A stretch of DNA of 64,000 nucleotides from Candidatus Bipolaricaulota bacterium (GTDB taxonomy: Bacteria; Patescibacteriota; Patescibacteriia; UBA11705; DATKZF01), in assembly GCA_035528115.1 (NCBI GenBank), contig DATKZF010000003.1:423089-487088 (forward strand), in the 5' to 3' direction. A model generated the notes under the pieces. It searched no databases. It saw only the letters and a program-made list of their open reading frames with translations, and had not been told where the DNA came from. Numbering within the stretch: the first letter of the stretch is position 1; every line of letters begins with the position of its first letter. The translations under genes and the position numbers were made by a program. Below, piece by piece: positions 9,187 through 17,912 of this stretch.

Positions 9187-9297
9187 CGTCCTCAAACGGA
9201 CAGACAAGAAATTTTTATCCTGGTCGAATCTAGCCGAAGCCTGATTTGACCATAAATAAAAACCCCATGCTTGTCGTGTCTGTCCGTTTGAGGACGC
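9187..9297. repeat. Long inverted repeat (about 22-bp arms, about 60-nt loop) in the convergent vanW-clpP gap
   Basis: cgtcctcaaacggacagacaag ... cttgtcgtgtctgtccgtttgaggacg. Confidence 0.5.
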
Positions 9298-9346
9298 TTT
9301 TGGGCCGACATAATAGTATAGCCTATTTGAAAAGGATTGTCAATGG

Positions 9347-9919
9347 CTAGAATATCTTATCGATTAATCCGTAATCTTTCGCTTCTTGCGGGCTCATAAA
9401 ATTGTCTCTATCAGAGTCTTTTTCAACCGTTGCTACGGGTTGCCCCGTGTGCTTCGATAAAATCTCGTTTAGACGATCTTTGATTTTTAATATCCGTTCC
9501 GCTCTGATTTTAATGTCGGAAGCTTGGCCCTCGGCGCCGCCCATGACTTGATGAATCAGTATTTCGGAATTGGGCAGAGAAAATCTTTTGTCTTTGGCTC
9601 CGGCAGCCAAAAGCACGGCCCCCATGCTGGCGGCCAGGCCGATGCAAATAGTGGATACATCGGGTTTTATGTACTGCATGGTGTCATAAATCGCCATGCC
9701 GGCAGTGACAGAACCGCCGGGACTATTGATATATAATTTGATATCTTTTTTGGGATCTTCGCTTTCCAGGAACAATAATTGAGCGATTACGGTGTTGGCT
9801 ACATTATCGTCAATGGTTGAACCCAAAAAAATTATGCGTTCTTTGAGCAATCTTGAATAAATATCATAAGCTCTTTCGCCGAAATTGGTTTTTTCAATGA
9901 CTGTTGGTATCAAATTCAT
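9347..9919 (-). CDS. clpP: ATP-dependent Clp protease proteolytic subunit
   Basis: 190 aa; catalytic triad context [15 protein letters not shown] (Ser), IHQVMGG (His), [11 protein letters not shown] (Asp). Confidence 0.9.
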   Translation of the reverse strand: MNLIPTVIEKTNFGERAYDIYSRLLKERIIFLGSTIDDNVANTVIAQLLFLESEDPKKDIKLYINSPGGSVTAGMAIYDTMQYIKPDVSTICIGLAASMGAVLLAAGAKDKRFSLPNSEILIHQVMGGAEGQASDIKIRAERILKIKDRLNEILSKHTGQPVATVEKDSDRDNFMSPQEAKDYGLIDKIF

Positions 9920-10311
9920 AAATTACAAATAGTTAATTCTATTTAGGACAAGCTAGGTTTAGGTTTAACTGTTTTGTTACAAATCGTTGCTTCTAATTAA
10001 CTTGCCTTTGCCTAGAAATTGCGAATAATTAATTCTATTAGGACAGGCTTGGTTTAGGTCTAATTGTTGCTACAGATTGCCGGCGCCCGATAGCTTTGCT
10101 GGGCGATGAAAATTGCGGATAAATATTCAATAGCGTTTTCAACTTGTGATTATTACATTTTAAAAAATTATTGTCAATCAGTCAAAGTTCTGGTTGTGTG
10201 GAAGTGTCTTATTTTAGCACAAATTATCCACAATTTACTAACAATCGCTAATATTTGGCTGAAATGCTGTTGAATATGGGACAGATCGGTAAAGACGGTT
10301 TCTGGGCTCCG

Positions 10312-10340
10312 TTGACAGGTTGTGATATATATGCTATGAT
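10312..10340 (+). promoter_or_regulatory. Consensus sigma70-type promoter (TTGACA-17 bp-TATGAT)
   Basis: TTGACA at 10312-10317, 17-nt spacer, TATGAT at 10335-10340; a second TATAAT follows at 10342-10347. Confidence 0.5.
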
Positions 10341-10347
10341 ATATAAT

Positions 10348-10594
10348 CAATATCATTTCGCGTGGTTAATAAAAAGATATAGGGGAGAGAGTGGAGGGCA
10401 GAATTTATCAATATTGGCCTTGGACCACAATTACCTCTATATCTTTTTGTTAACCAAGAGCCCGCCTTTAGTCGGTAATACATGGAAAAGGCGTTATTCT
10501 TTCAAAAACTTTCAAGTGAGTAGATAGGTATCAATTTCTCTCTCCTCATATCTTTTAGGAGGTCCAGCTTATCTACTCGCTTGAAGGTTTTTTT
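10348..10594 (+). ncRNA. Candidate structured small RNA or long leader (about 245 nt) with promoter and terminator, upstream of ftsK
   Basis: No ORF with a start downstream of the promoter except a 13-codon MEKALFFQKLSSE. The 5' segment ggttaataaaaagatataggggagagag can pair with either cctctatatctttttgttaacc (10432-10453) or ctctctcctcatatctttt (10545-10563). The unit ends in a hairpin caagtgagtagataggt...agcttatctactcgcttg followed by ggttttttt. Confidence 0.35.
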
Positions 10595-10651
10595 AATCTT
10601 TATCAGTTAAACAAAATGTGTTAGAATACAAAAGACGATAAAATATTTCCC

Positions 10652-12832
10652 ATGGCCAGAAGAAAAAGAAAAAAAATAAAAGAAGAGCCCGTTCGCGAAA
10701 AAGAACTTAGCCCCGAGGCAAAAAAGGGGATAGTGGTGGTTTTTATATTCGCCGTTGGCGTGCTTTCCTTTTTGAGCCTGTTGCAAATGGCGGGCAGAAT
10801 AGGGATTTTTATTGATTCCGCTTTAAGCATATTCATCGGTTGGACCAAATACGCCTTTCCCATTTTAATGATCATCTACGCTTATCTTCTGTTTCGAGAT
10901 GAGCGATATCAAATAACCAAAGCCAAATATGTTGGCTTTTTATTTTTTGTTTTGAGCTTTAACGCGCTTTTACATATTTCCTATGCCGCGAGTGAGGCGC
11001 TCGAAATGTCGGCCAGCGGCCTTGGCGGCGGATTCCTGGGATTGGTTTTAAGTTACCCGTTGCAATTTGTGATGGGAAAAATCGCGACGATTGTAATTTT
11101 ATTGGCATTGCTTTTGATCAGCTTGCTTTTAATGTTCAATACTTCCATAAAAAATCTTGTTTTCGGAAATTCTCGATTGGCGTTTTTAAAGCGCCCGTTC
11201 GGAGTGTTATTCGCTCGAAAAGAAGATGAATCATCTGAAGAAGAATCGGAAACGGAGACGGTTGAAAAAGCGACGCAGGAGTCTTCTATTGAAAATGAAG
11301 AACAGGATGAAAAGAAGGTGGCAAAGGAATTAAACGAGTCCGAGGAAACCGCCGTTCAATTTCCCAACAAAGGAATTAAGATTGATTTGCCCCTGACATT
11401 ATTGAATAAAAAAACGAGCAAGCCGACCAGCGGCGACACTAAGGTCGGCATGGAAAAAATACAAAAAACTTTGGAGAATTTCGGTATTGACGTGCAAATG
11501 GAAGGAGTAAGCATCGGACCGACCGTTACTCAGTACACGTTCAAGCCGGCGGAAGGAGTGAAATTATCACGCATTACCGCTTTGAATAATGATTTGGCTT
11601 TGGCGCTGGCCGCCCATCCGCTGAGAATCGAGGCTCCGATACCTGGCAAGTCGCTGGTGGGTATTGAAGTCCCCAATAAGCAAGCGGCCACCGTATGTTT
11701 GCGTGAATTACTGGAAGCTCCGGAATTTAAAACGAGAAAATCCAATTTGGCCCTGACTTTGGGCAAAGACGTTTCGGGCAAGACTTGGGTTTATCCTTTG
11801 GAAAAAATGCCTCATTTGCTGGTGGCCGGCGCGACCGGCTCGGGCAAAAGCGTTTGTTTGAACACCATGATTATCAGTTTGCTTTATCAAAATAATCCGG
11901 ATGATTTGCGCATGATCTTGGTCGATCCCAAGAGAGTGGAGTTCCCCGTATATAACGGCATCCCTCATTTATTATCCCCGGTTATAACGGATGTCACCAA
12001 GACCGTGAATTCACTGCGTTGGGCCATTTCGGAAATGGATAGAAGATATGAGATGCTCGCCAAGAGCAATAAGCGAAATATCGAAGGTTATAACCAAAGC
12101 AACCCGGAAGAAAAATTGCCGTATTTGCTTATTGTGATAGATGAATTGGCGGATTTGATGATTTCCGCCTCGTCGGAAATCGAATCGTCAATCATCAGGT
12201 TGACGCAAATGGCCAGAGCCATCGGCATTCATTTGATCGTGGCCACGCAAAGGCCGTCGGTCGATGTCATTACCGGTTTGATCAAAGCCAATATTCCTGC
12301 CAGAATCGCTTTTAGCGTGGCTTCGCAGACCGATTCTCGAACCATACTTGATTCGTCCGGAGCCGAGAAGTTGCTGGGCAAAGGCGACATGCTTTTTCAA
12401 ACCGCGGAGCTGAGCAAGCCGCGCAGGATCCAAGGAGCCTTTGTCGGAGATGACGAAATAAAGAGAGTGGTTGATTTTCTTAAAGAAGCCAGCGGCGACC
12501 CGGAATATAACGAGTCCGTTACGGAAAAAAACAAAGGAGTTCATACCAGTTTTGATTATAATAATGACGATGGTGATAGCGATGAATTATATGATGACGC
12601 CGTGGAAATAGTCGCTCGCGCGGGCAAAGCCTCCGCCTCCTTGCTTCAACGCCGGCTACGCGTGGGTTATGCCAGAGCGGCTCGTTTGATTGATTTGCTG
12701 GAAGACAATGGCGTGGTCGGCCCGGCTGACGGAGCTCGGCCGCGCGAAGTATTGATGTCACTCGACAAAATGTCCCAAGGAGACGCTCATGAAGCGGCGC
12801 CGACGGAAGATGATGAAGAAAATGAAGAATAG
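10652..12832 (+). CDS. ftsK: DNA translocase FtsK/SpoIIIE
   Basis: 726 aa; N-terminal TM helices, acidic linker, motor domain with Walker A GATGSGKS, and C-terminal gamma winged-helix region LYDDAVEIVARAGKASASLLQRRLRVGYARAARLIDLLE. Confidence 0.9.
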   Translation: MARRKRKKIKEEPVREKELSPEAKKGIVVVFIFAVGVLSFLSLLQMAGRIGIFIDSALSIFIGWTKYAFPILMIIYAYLLFRDERYQITKAKYVGFLFFVLSFNALLHISYAASEALEMSASGLGGGFLGLVLSYPLQFVMGKIATIVILLALLLISLLLMFNTSIKNLVFGNSRLAFLKRPFGVLFARKEDESSEEESETETVEKATQESSIENEEQDEKKVAKELNESEETAVQFPNKGIKIDLPLTLLNKKTSKPTSGDTKVGMEKIQKTLENFGIDVQMEGVSIGPTVTQYTFKPAEGVKLSRITALNNDLALALAAHPLRIEAPIPGKSLVGIEVPNKQAATVCLRELLEAPEFKTRKSNLALTLGKDVSGKTWVYPLEKMPHLLVAGATGSGKSVCLNTMIISLLYQNNPDDLRMILVDPKRVEFPVYNGIPHLLSPVITDVTKTVNSLRWAISEMDRRYEMLAKSNKRNIEGYNQSNPEEKLPYLLIVIDELADLMISASSEIESSIIRLTQMARAIGIHLIVATQRPSVDVITGLIKANIPARIAFSVASQTDSRTILDSSGAEKLLGKGDMLFQTAELSKPRRIQGAFVGDDEIKRVVDFLKEASGDPEYNESVTEKNKGVHTSFDYNNDDGDSDELYDDAVEIVARAGKASASLLQRRLRVGYARAARLIDLLEDNGVVGPADGARPREVLMSLDKMSQGDAHEAAPTEDDEENEE

Positions 12833-12853
12833 TCTAATGTTTCAAAGTGTTCT

Positions 12854-13564
12854 ATGATGGTCAGTTTCAACAACAAAAAGATCAACGCTATTAAAACTCT
12901 GGGCGAGAAATTGCAGGAGCATCGTTTGAATTACGGATTGAGTTTGGAATCGATCTCCAAAGAGACAGCCATTAATTTGAAATATTTAATCGCGCTTGAA
13001 AGCGATAATTATGAAAAATTGCCGGCGGATATTTATACATGTAATTTTTTAAAAAAATACGCTGTTTTTTTGGATCTGAATCCGGAAACGGCGATTGAAA
13101 CTTACGTTCAGGAAAAAATTTTATATTACAAAACAAAAAAACAATGCAAAGAGATTAGGGATAAAAAAATAGGAAAAGTAAGAAAGGTTGTGAATTTTTT
13201 TCTTTCTCCGGTTTTTTTGAAATACTCTTTCTCCGTTGTGGTCGTGGCGGCCTTGTTGATATACATCGGTTGGAGCGTCAATAGAATTTTTACGCCCCCG
13301 CATTTGGTGATCATGGAGCCGCAAGACAGTTTGATAACCGTTTCGCGTCAATTATGGATAAAGGGAGAGTCCGAGAAGGAAGCTTTTTTAACCATGAACG
13401 GTCAGGAAATCATCAGCGACCATGATGGACGGTTTTCAAATAAGGTAGATTTGCAAAAAGGTTTAAATGTCATTAAAATAACAGCAAGGAAAAAGCACAG
13501 TAAGGAAAACGTGCAATATTTGCAAATTATATTGGAGGAAACCGGCAGTGTGTCTCAAAAATAA
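12854..13564 (+). CDS. RodZ-like protein (N-terminal HTH, single TM, C-terminal domain)
   Basis: HTH_XRE-like N-terminus (LGEKLQEHRLNYGLSLESISKETAINLKYLIALE), then TM segment VVVVAALLIYIGW, then an extracytoplasmic domain. The architecture matches RodZ. Confidence 0.5.
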   Translation: MMVSFNNKKINAIKTLGEKLQEHRLNYGLSLESISKETAINLKYLIALESDNYEKLPADIYTCNFLKKYAVFLDLNPETAIETYVQEKILYYKTKKQCKEIRDKKIGKVRKVVNFFLSPVFLKYSFSVVVVAALLIYIGWSVNRIFTPPHLVIMEPQDSLITVSRQLWIKGESEKEAFLTMNGQEIISDHDGRFSNKVDLQKGLNVIKITARKKHSKENVQYLQIILEETGSVSQK

Positions 13565-13630
13565 ATCAGGAGGGTTGTTTCTTGTAATAAATAAAAATCT
13601 TTTCCATGCTTAAGATTTTTTTAAATTCAT

Positions 13631-14686
13631 ATGAAGGACACGGAAATAAAAGAAAAAAATCAGGCGGCCGAGCAAGCGATCAGTCAGATTAAAGAAAAAT
13701 TCGGAGACGGTTCAATCATGCTTTTGGGAGAAGCGAAATCCATGAACGTGGAAACCGTTTCAACCGGATGTTTATCCCTAGACATAGCCTTGGGAGTGGG
13801 AGGCGTGCCCAGAGGGAGAATCATTGAGGTGTTTGGCCCTGAAATGTCTGGCAAAACAACCTTGTCCCAGCATATAATCGCCGAAGTTCAAAAAATCGGG
13901 GGTATCGCGGCATTTGTGGACGCCGAGCACGCGCTCGATCCGGATTACGCGAAAAAAATAGGCATCAATATCAATGAAATGCTTATTTCTCAACCCGATA
14001 CGGGCGAGCAGGCGCTGGAAATCGTGGAGACATTGGTTCGTTCCAACGCGATAGACATTATTGTCGTGGATTCCGTGGCCGCTTTGACGCCAAAGGCGGA
14101 AATAGAAGGCGACATGGGCGATCATCACATGGGATTGCAAGCCAGATTGATGAGCCAAGCCTTGAGAAAATTGGCGGGTATTATTTCCAAAAGTAAAACG
14201 ATCGTGATTTTCATCAATCAAATCAGGCACAAAATCGGCGTGTTTTTCGGCAATCCCGAAACTACCACCGGAGGCAACGCTTTGAAATTTTATTCTTCGG
14301 TTAGAATCGAAGTTCGGCGTTCAGCTCAAATCAAGCAGGGCGAACAAATCATCGGCAATAGAGTTAAAGTAAAAGTCGTGAAAAATAAAGTGGCCGCGCC
14401 TTTTCGAACCACTGAGTTTGACATCATGTACAATGAAGGCATTTCCTTGTCAGGTGATATGCTGGATACCGGTTTGACTTATAATGTCATTTCAAAATCC
14501 GGTAATTCATACAGTCATGGCGAGGAAAAATTGGGCGTGGGCAGGGAAACGGCCAAGAAATATTTGAAAGAAAATCCAAAACTGATGAAACAGATCAGAA
14601 AGGGAATCTGGGAAGCGGTTAATGGGAAAAGGGAAGAAGAGCAAGGACAAGGACAAGGACAAGGACAAGGACAAGAAGTCAAATAA
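13631..14686 (+). CDS. recA: Recombinase RecA with (GQ)n low-complexity C-terminal tail
   Basis: 351 aa; Walker [11 protein letters not shown]1/L2 loops, [35 protein letters not shown]; C-terminus [17 protein letters not shown]. Confidence 0.95.
   Translation: MKDTEIKEKNQAAEQAISQIKEKFGDGSIMLLGEAKSMNVETVSTGCLSLDIALGVGGVPRGRIIEVFGPEMSGKTTLSQHIIAEVQKIGGIAAFVDAEHALDPDYAKKIGININEMLISQPDTGEQALEIVETLVRSNAIDIIVVDSVAALTPKAEIEGDMGDHHMGLQARLMSQALRKLAGIISKSKTIVIFINQIRHKIGVFFGNPETTTGGNALKFYSSVRIEVRRSAQIKQGEQIIGNRVKVKVVKNKVAAPFRTTEFDIMYNEGISLSGDMLDTGLTYNVISKSGNSYSHGEEKLGVGRETAKKYLKENPKLMKQIRKGIWEAVNGKREEEQGQGQGQGQGQEVK
14641..14675 (+). repeat. Coding hexanucleotide microsatellite (GGACAA)5 in the recA 3' end
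   Basis: caaggacaaggacaaggacaaggacaaggacaag encoding [11 protein letters not shown]. Confidence 0.8.
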
Positions 14687-14760
14687 TTGATTATAAAAAA
14701 ACCGTCTGAAATATGGCGGTTTTTTGATTTTAAATGTTTTATACAAATTTGCCTTTATGC

Positions 14761-14788
14761 TTGACAAATATAATAATTGTGATATAAT
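14761..14788 (+). promoter_or_regulatory. Strong promoter (TTGACA-16 bp-TGnTATAAT extended -10)
   Basis: TTGACA 14761-14766; tgaTATAAT 14780-14788. Confidence 0.55.
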
Positions 14789-14794
14789 GAACAG

Positions 14795-15240
14795 TCGACA
14801 TAACGTCGTCAGTCAAAAGGAGGAAAGCCATGCGCGGAAAAAAAGGAAAAGGCGGGGGTGTGCCTCCGCAGCTTCGAGTCGTCTCCGGCACTGGGAAGTC
14901 GAACCAGAAGGGAGACGAGCCGCCGACCATGCAACAGGCCGGCCAGATGCAGTTGCACGAGCACACCATGCGTTTCGATACGCAAACCACGGTGTGGCTC
15001 TTGTGGCTGACACAGGAGCTCCCGTTCCCGAACAGGGCGACAGCGATGTCGGCCTTGATCAAGGAAAAAATCGAGGAAATTAAAATGTCGAAGCAGGGCT
15101 GGCAGCCCTGCTATCGCCGGGGCAATGAGGTAGTCCCGGCCGCGCGCAAGCTGCCTCCGAAGGAGTAGTATCATTCGCCAAGGCCGACTCCGGCTCTGGC
15201 GTCAAGATCCGAGGGACCTTTCTCTCGGATTTTATTTTTG
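14795..15240 (+). ncRNA. rnpB: GC-rich structured RNA candidate, most consistent with RNase P RNA
   Basis: About 440-nt GC-rich island in an AT-rich genome, open in at least five frames on both strands. It is bounded by a consensus promoter and by a hairpin-plus-T-tract terminator (ccgagggacctttctctcgg-attttattttt, 15200-15237). It contains aaaGGAGGAAAGCCATGCgcgg, resembling the P4 5' strand of Bacillus-type RNase P RNA (GAGGAAAGUCCAUGC). Downstream, tggctgacacaggag resembles the P4 3' strand/CR-IV region (UGGCUUACAGAA). Confidence 0.45.
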
Positions 15241-15284
15241 TGATTTACTTTTGGCTTGGATTATGCGAAAATAATTAATAAGTG

Positions 15285-15372
15285 AGATTACAAGATTACG
15301 AGATTTGCATACGAGATTATACAGATTAACCCGATCTCGTACAATCTGTACACCAATCTGTAATCTCGTAAA
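15285..15372. promoter_or_regulatory. TACRAGAT word array (4 forward then 4 reverse copies) upstream of tsaD
   Basis: tacaagat, tacgagat, tacgagat, tacagat then atctcgta, atctgta, atctgta, atctcgta; ends 9 nt before the tsaD ATG. Confidence 0.45.
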
Positions 15373-15380
15373 TCCAATTT

Positions 15381-16397
15381 ATGAAGATATTAGCCATTGA
15401 AACCTCCTGCGATGAGACCGCGGCTTCAGTCGTTGAAATAAAAAACGGCAAATTCGCGGCTTTGTCCAATACGGTTTCATCTCAAATAAAAACTCACGCC
15501 AAATACGGCGGCGTTATTCCGGAAGTCGCCGGTCGTCTTCATATTGGAAAAATAATTCCGGTGATCGATGAAGCGTTGAGTTCCTCAAAAACGAAAATTG
15601 CCGAATTGAAAGCTTTGGCCGTGGTGTCGGGACCGGGCTTGGCGCCGTCTCTTCGAGTGGGCGTGGAAACGGCCAAAGCTTTGGCTTATGTCTGGCAAAA
15701 GCCGCTGATATCGGTCAATCATTTGGAAGGCCATATCGCGGCCGGTCTTTTTGAAAATAAAAAAGTTGCCATGCCCGCGGTTTGCTTGATCGCGTCCGGC
15801 GGCCATACTTCTTTGATTTATATAAAAAGCTGGGGCGGGTACGAAACAATCGGCCAAACCAGAGACGACGCGGCCGGAGAAGCCTTTGATAAGGTCGCGA
15901 AAATCATGGGACTTGGTTATCCGGGAGGCCCGCTGATTTCCAAATTGGCGGAAAATGGAAAAACCGGCCGATTCAAACTGCCTAGGCCGATGATTGATTC
16001 CGGCGATTTTGACTTTAGCTTTTCCGGTTTGAAAACAGCGGCTCTTTATTTGTATAAATCCAGAAAAACTTGGACTAAAAAAGACAAGGCTGACTTGGCC
16101 GCGGAATTTCAAGACGCGGTGATTGAAGTTTTGGTGGAAAAATCAATGAGCGCCGCGGAAAAATTAAAAGCCAAAAGTTTTATTTTGGGCGGTGGCGTTT
16201 CCGCCAACAAAAAATTGAGAGCAACGCTCAAGCGAGCCGGCCAAGACATCAAGGGCTTGAGCGTTTTTATTCCGCCTTTTGAATTCACCACTGACAACGC
16301 GGCCATGATCGGCGCGGCCGCGTATTTTCATTATAAAAATAAAAATTTTGTTGATCCGTTTGATTTGGTTGCGGAGCCACGATGGAGATTGATTTAA
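15381..16397 (+). CDS. tsaD: tRNA N6-adenosine threonylcarbamoyltransferase TsaD (Kae1/Gcp)
   Basis: 338 aa; MKILAIETSCDETAASV N-terminus, HLEGH metal-binding motif, GGGVSANKKL. Confidence 0.9.
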   Translation: MKILAIETSCDETAASVVEIKNGKFAALSNTVSSQIKTHAKYGGVIPEVAGRLHIGKIIPVIDEALSSSKTKIAELKALAVVSGPGLAPSLRVGVETAKALAYVWQKPLISVNHLEGHIAAGLFENKKVAMPAVCLIASGGHTSLIYIKSWGGYETIGQTRDDAAGEAFDKVAKIMGLGYPGGPLISKLAENGKTGRFKLPRPMIDSGDFDFSFSGLKTAALYLYKSRKTWTKKDKADLAAEFQDAVIEVLVEKSMSAAEKLKAKSFILGGGVSANKKLRATLKRAGQDIKGLSVFIPPFEFTTDNAAMIGAAAYFHYKNKNFVDPFDLVAEPRWRLI

Positions 16398-16401
16398 AAA
16401 T

Positions 16402-16830
16402 ATGGAAAATATTTATGCCGTTAAAACCGAAGCTCAAACCAAAAAAATTGCCGGGGACTTCGCCAAAACTTTGAAAGGCGGGGAAGTGATTTTATTATCC
16501 GGAGATCTGGGCGCGGGCAAGACTTTTTTCGTTCAGGCCGCGGCCAAGGCTTTGGGAGTTAAGGAGCAAGTGACCAGCCCGACTTTTATATTGATGCAAA
16601 TTTACAAAGCGTCCAGAAATAAAATTAAAAACGTTTGTCATATTGACGCTTACAGGCTCGGTTGCGTGAAAGAATTCGAGGCGTCCGGGCTGGATGAATG
16701 TTTGTATCGAGACGACACGGTGTCATTTATCGAATGGGGAGAAAAAGTAAAGACGCTGATGCGCGGAGCGATTGAAATTAATATTGAAATTAAGGAAAAT
16801 GAACGAGTTATAACCATTGATAAAAATTAA
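16402..16830 (+). CDS. tsaE: tRNA threonylcarbamoyladenosine biosynthesis ATPase TsaE (YjeE)
   Basis: 142 aa; P-loop GDLGAGKT, SPTF motif, HIDAYRL. Confidence 0.8.
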   Translation: MENIYAVKTEAQTKKIAGDFAKTLKGGEVILLSGDLGAGKTFFVQAAAKALGVKEQVTSPTFILMQIYKASRNKIKNVCHIDAYRLGCVKEFEASGLDECLYRDDTVSFIEWGEKVKTLMRGAIEINIEIKENERVITIDKN

Positions 16831-16840
16831 AAAAATTATT

Positions 16841-17524
16841 ATGAAAGAAAAACCGCAAAATATTGATTTGAGTTATTGGCACAATCAAAAAGAAGGAGGC
16901 TTCGATCCGGAAACAGGGGTTTTGCACGAGCCGGGATCAGAGGAATACGAAAAATGGCTGAGATTTTTGGAATATGTCGAAACCAGCGGTAAAAAGGAAA
17001 CAGAGGAAACGCAAAATTACGATAAATTAAAAAATGTCATTGATGAAATAGACAAGGTTAACCTGAGTGAAGATGAAGGAGATAAAGAGGCTGAAAAACA
17101 ATTAAAGGAACAAAAGAAACGAGCCAAGGAATTATTGGATAACGCTCTTTCATTGGCCATTAAATACATTGAGATAGTTCTTTCGCAGGAAAAGAAGGTG
17201 AAATTCATCGGCCAAGTGGATATGAAAGCGATAATCTCATCGGACGAAAGAAGAAGCGCCGCGCACAATGCTTTAATCAGTTCATTGATTATTGCCAACA
17301 GATATATTTATCAGCATTTCGCTAAATTGCCGGAAGCGAAGCTGGATGAATTCATTGCGCAAGAAGAGGACGCGAACAGAGATTACATTGAGGTTGAAAG
17401 AATCGATTTGACCGAGAATACTTTTTTGCCGTTGTCAGTTAATTTGAAGGATCGATATTCGGTGTCTCGCTGGGCTTATGATTTGATGAGGGAATTGGAC
17501 TTTCGCAGCGAAGCGAAATTATAA
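16841..17524 (+). CDS. Hypothetical protein (charged, coiled-coil-rich)
   Basis: Start chosen at MKEKPQN, downstream of the tsaE stop. Confidence 0.35.
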   Translation: MKEKPQNIDLSYWHNQKEGGFDPETGVLHEPGSEEYEKWLRFLEYVETSGKKETEETQNYDKLKNVIDEIDKVNLSEDEGDKEAEKQLKEQKKRAKELLDNALSLAIKYIEIVLSQEKKVKFIGQVDMKAIISSDERRSAAHNALISSLIIANRYIYQHFAKLPEAKLDEFIAQEEDANRDYIEVERIDLTENTFLPLSVNLKDRYSVSRWAYDLMRELDFRSEAKL

Positions 17525-17548
17525 AAAGAAGGAGGTGCTCCTTCTTGA

Positions 17549-17809
17549 TTAGAGTTTTTTTCGCAGTTCTTCGAAGCAAAGTTCCCTTACCAATGCGCTG
17601 AACGCGGACAACTCGCAAGGAAATTTTTGTCGCTTGCACGCGGCCAGCAATGCTTCAAGTCGCTCTTCGTAGATTTTTTGGGCGTTCTCGTTGGGTTTGC
17701 CGAGCAGGCTGTTTTTTCGGGTGGTCAGAAATGCCGTGAATACCTTGATGAGAGGCAGTCGCATTTCTTCTGTCAACAAGAAGTCTCGAAGCGACTGATT
17801 GGGTTGCAT
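17549..17809 (-). CDS. Small hypothetical protein (86 aa)
   Basis: Stand-alone ORF between two hairpin terminators (17528-17565 region and 17872-17895); no recognisable family. Confidence 0.3.
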   Translation of the reverse strand: MQPNQSLRDFLLTEEMRLPLIKVFTAFLTTRKNSLLGKPNENAQKIYEERLEALLAACKRQKFPCELSAFSALVRELCFEELRKKL

Positions 17810-17871
17810 GGGCGGTCTCCTTGTTGGGGGAAAATTTATTCTATCCTATTTCATAAAATATGTCAATAATA

Positions 17872-17895
17872 AAACCGCTCTCAGAGCGGTTTTAT
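17872..17895 (-). terminator. Rho-independent terminator downstream of pilB
   Basis: aaaaccgctctcagagcggtttt, perfect 8-bp stem with A/T flanks. Confidence 0.6.
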
Positions 17896-17912
17896 TATTG
17901 ATTTGAATTGTT

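Noticed and set aside
10255-10527. 90-aa ORF in the clpP-ftsK intergenic region
   Set aside because: It starts upstream of, and runs through, a consensus promoter and its -10 box, and has no homology signal. The region is better explained as a promoter-sRNA-terminator unit.
14724-15174. Five overlapping ORFs (14724..15083+, 14830..15168+, 14739..15062-, 14809..15174-, 14813..15013-) including one with a perfect Shine-Dalgarno
   Set aside because: All lie inside a GC-rich island flanked by promoter and terminator. Openness in most frames is the expected artefact of stop-codon-poor structured RNA, and the SD-like AGGAGGAAAG...AUG is itself the RNase P P4 motif. I treat the region as an RNA gene, not as proteins.
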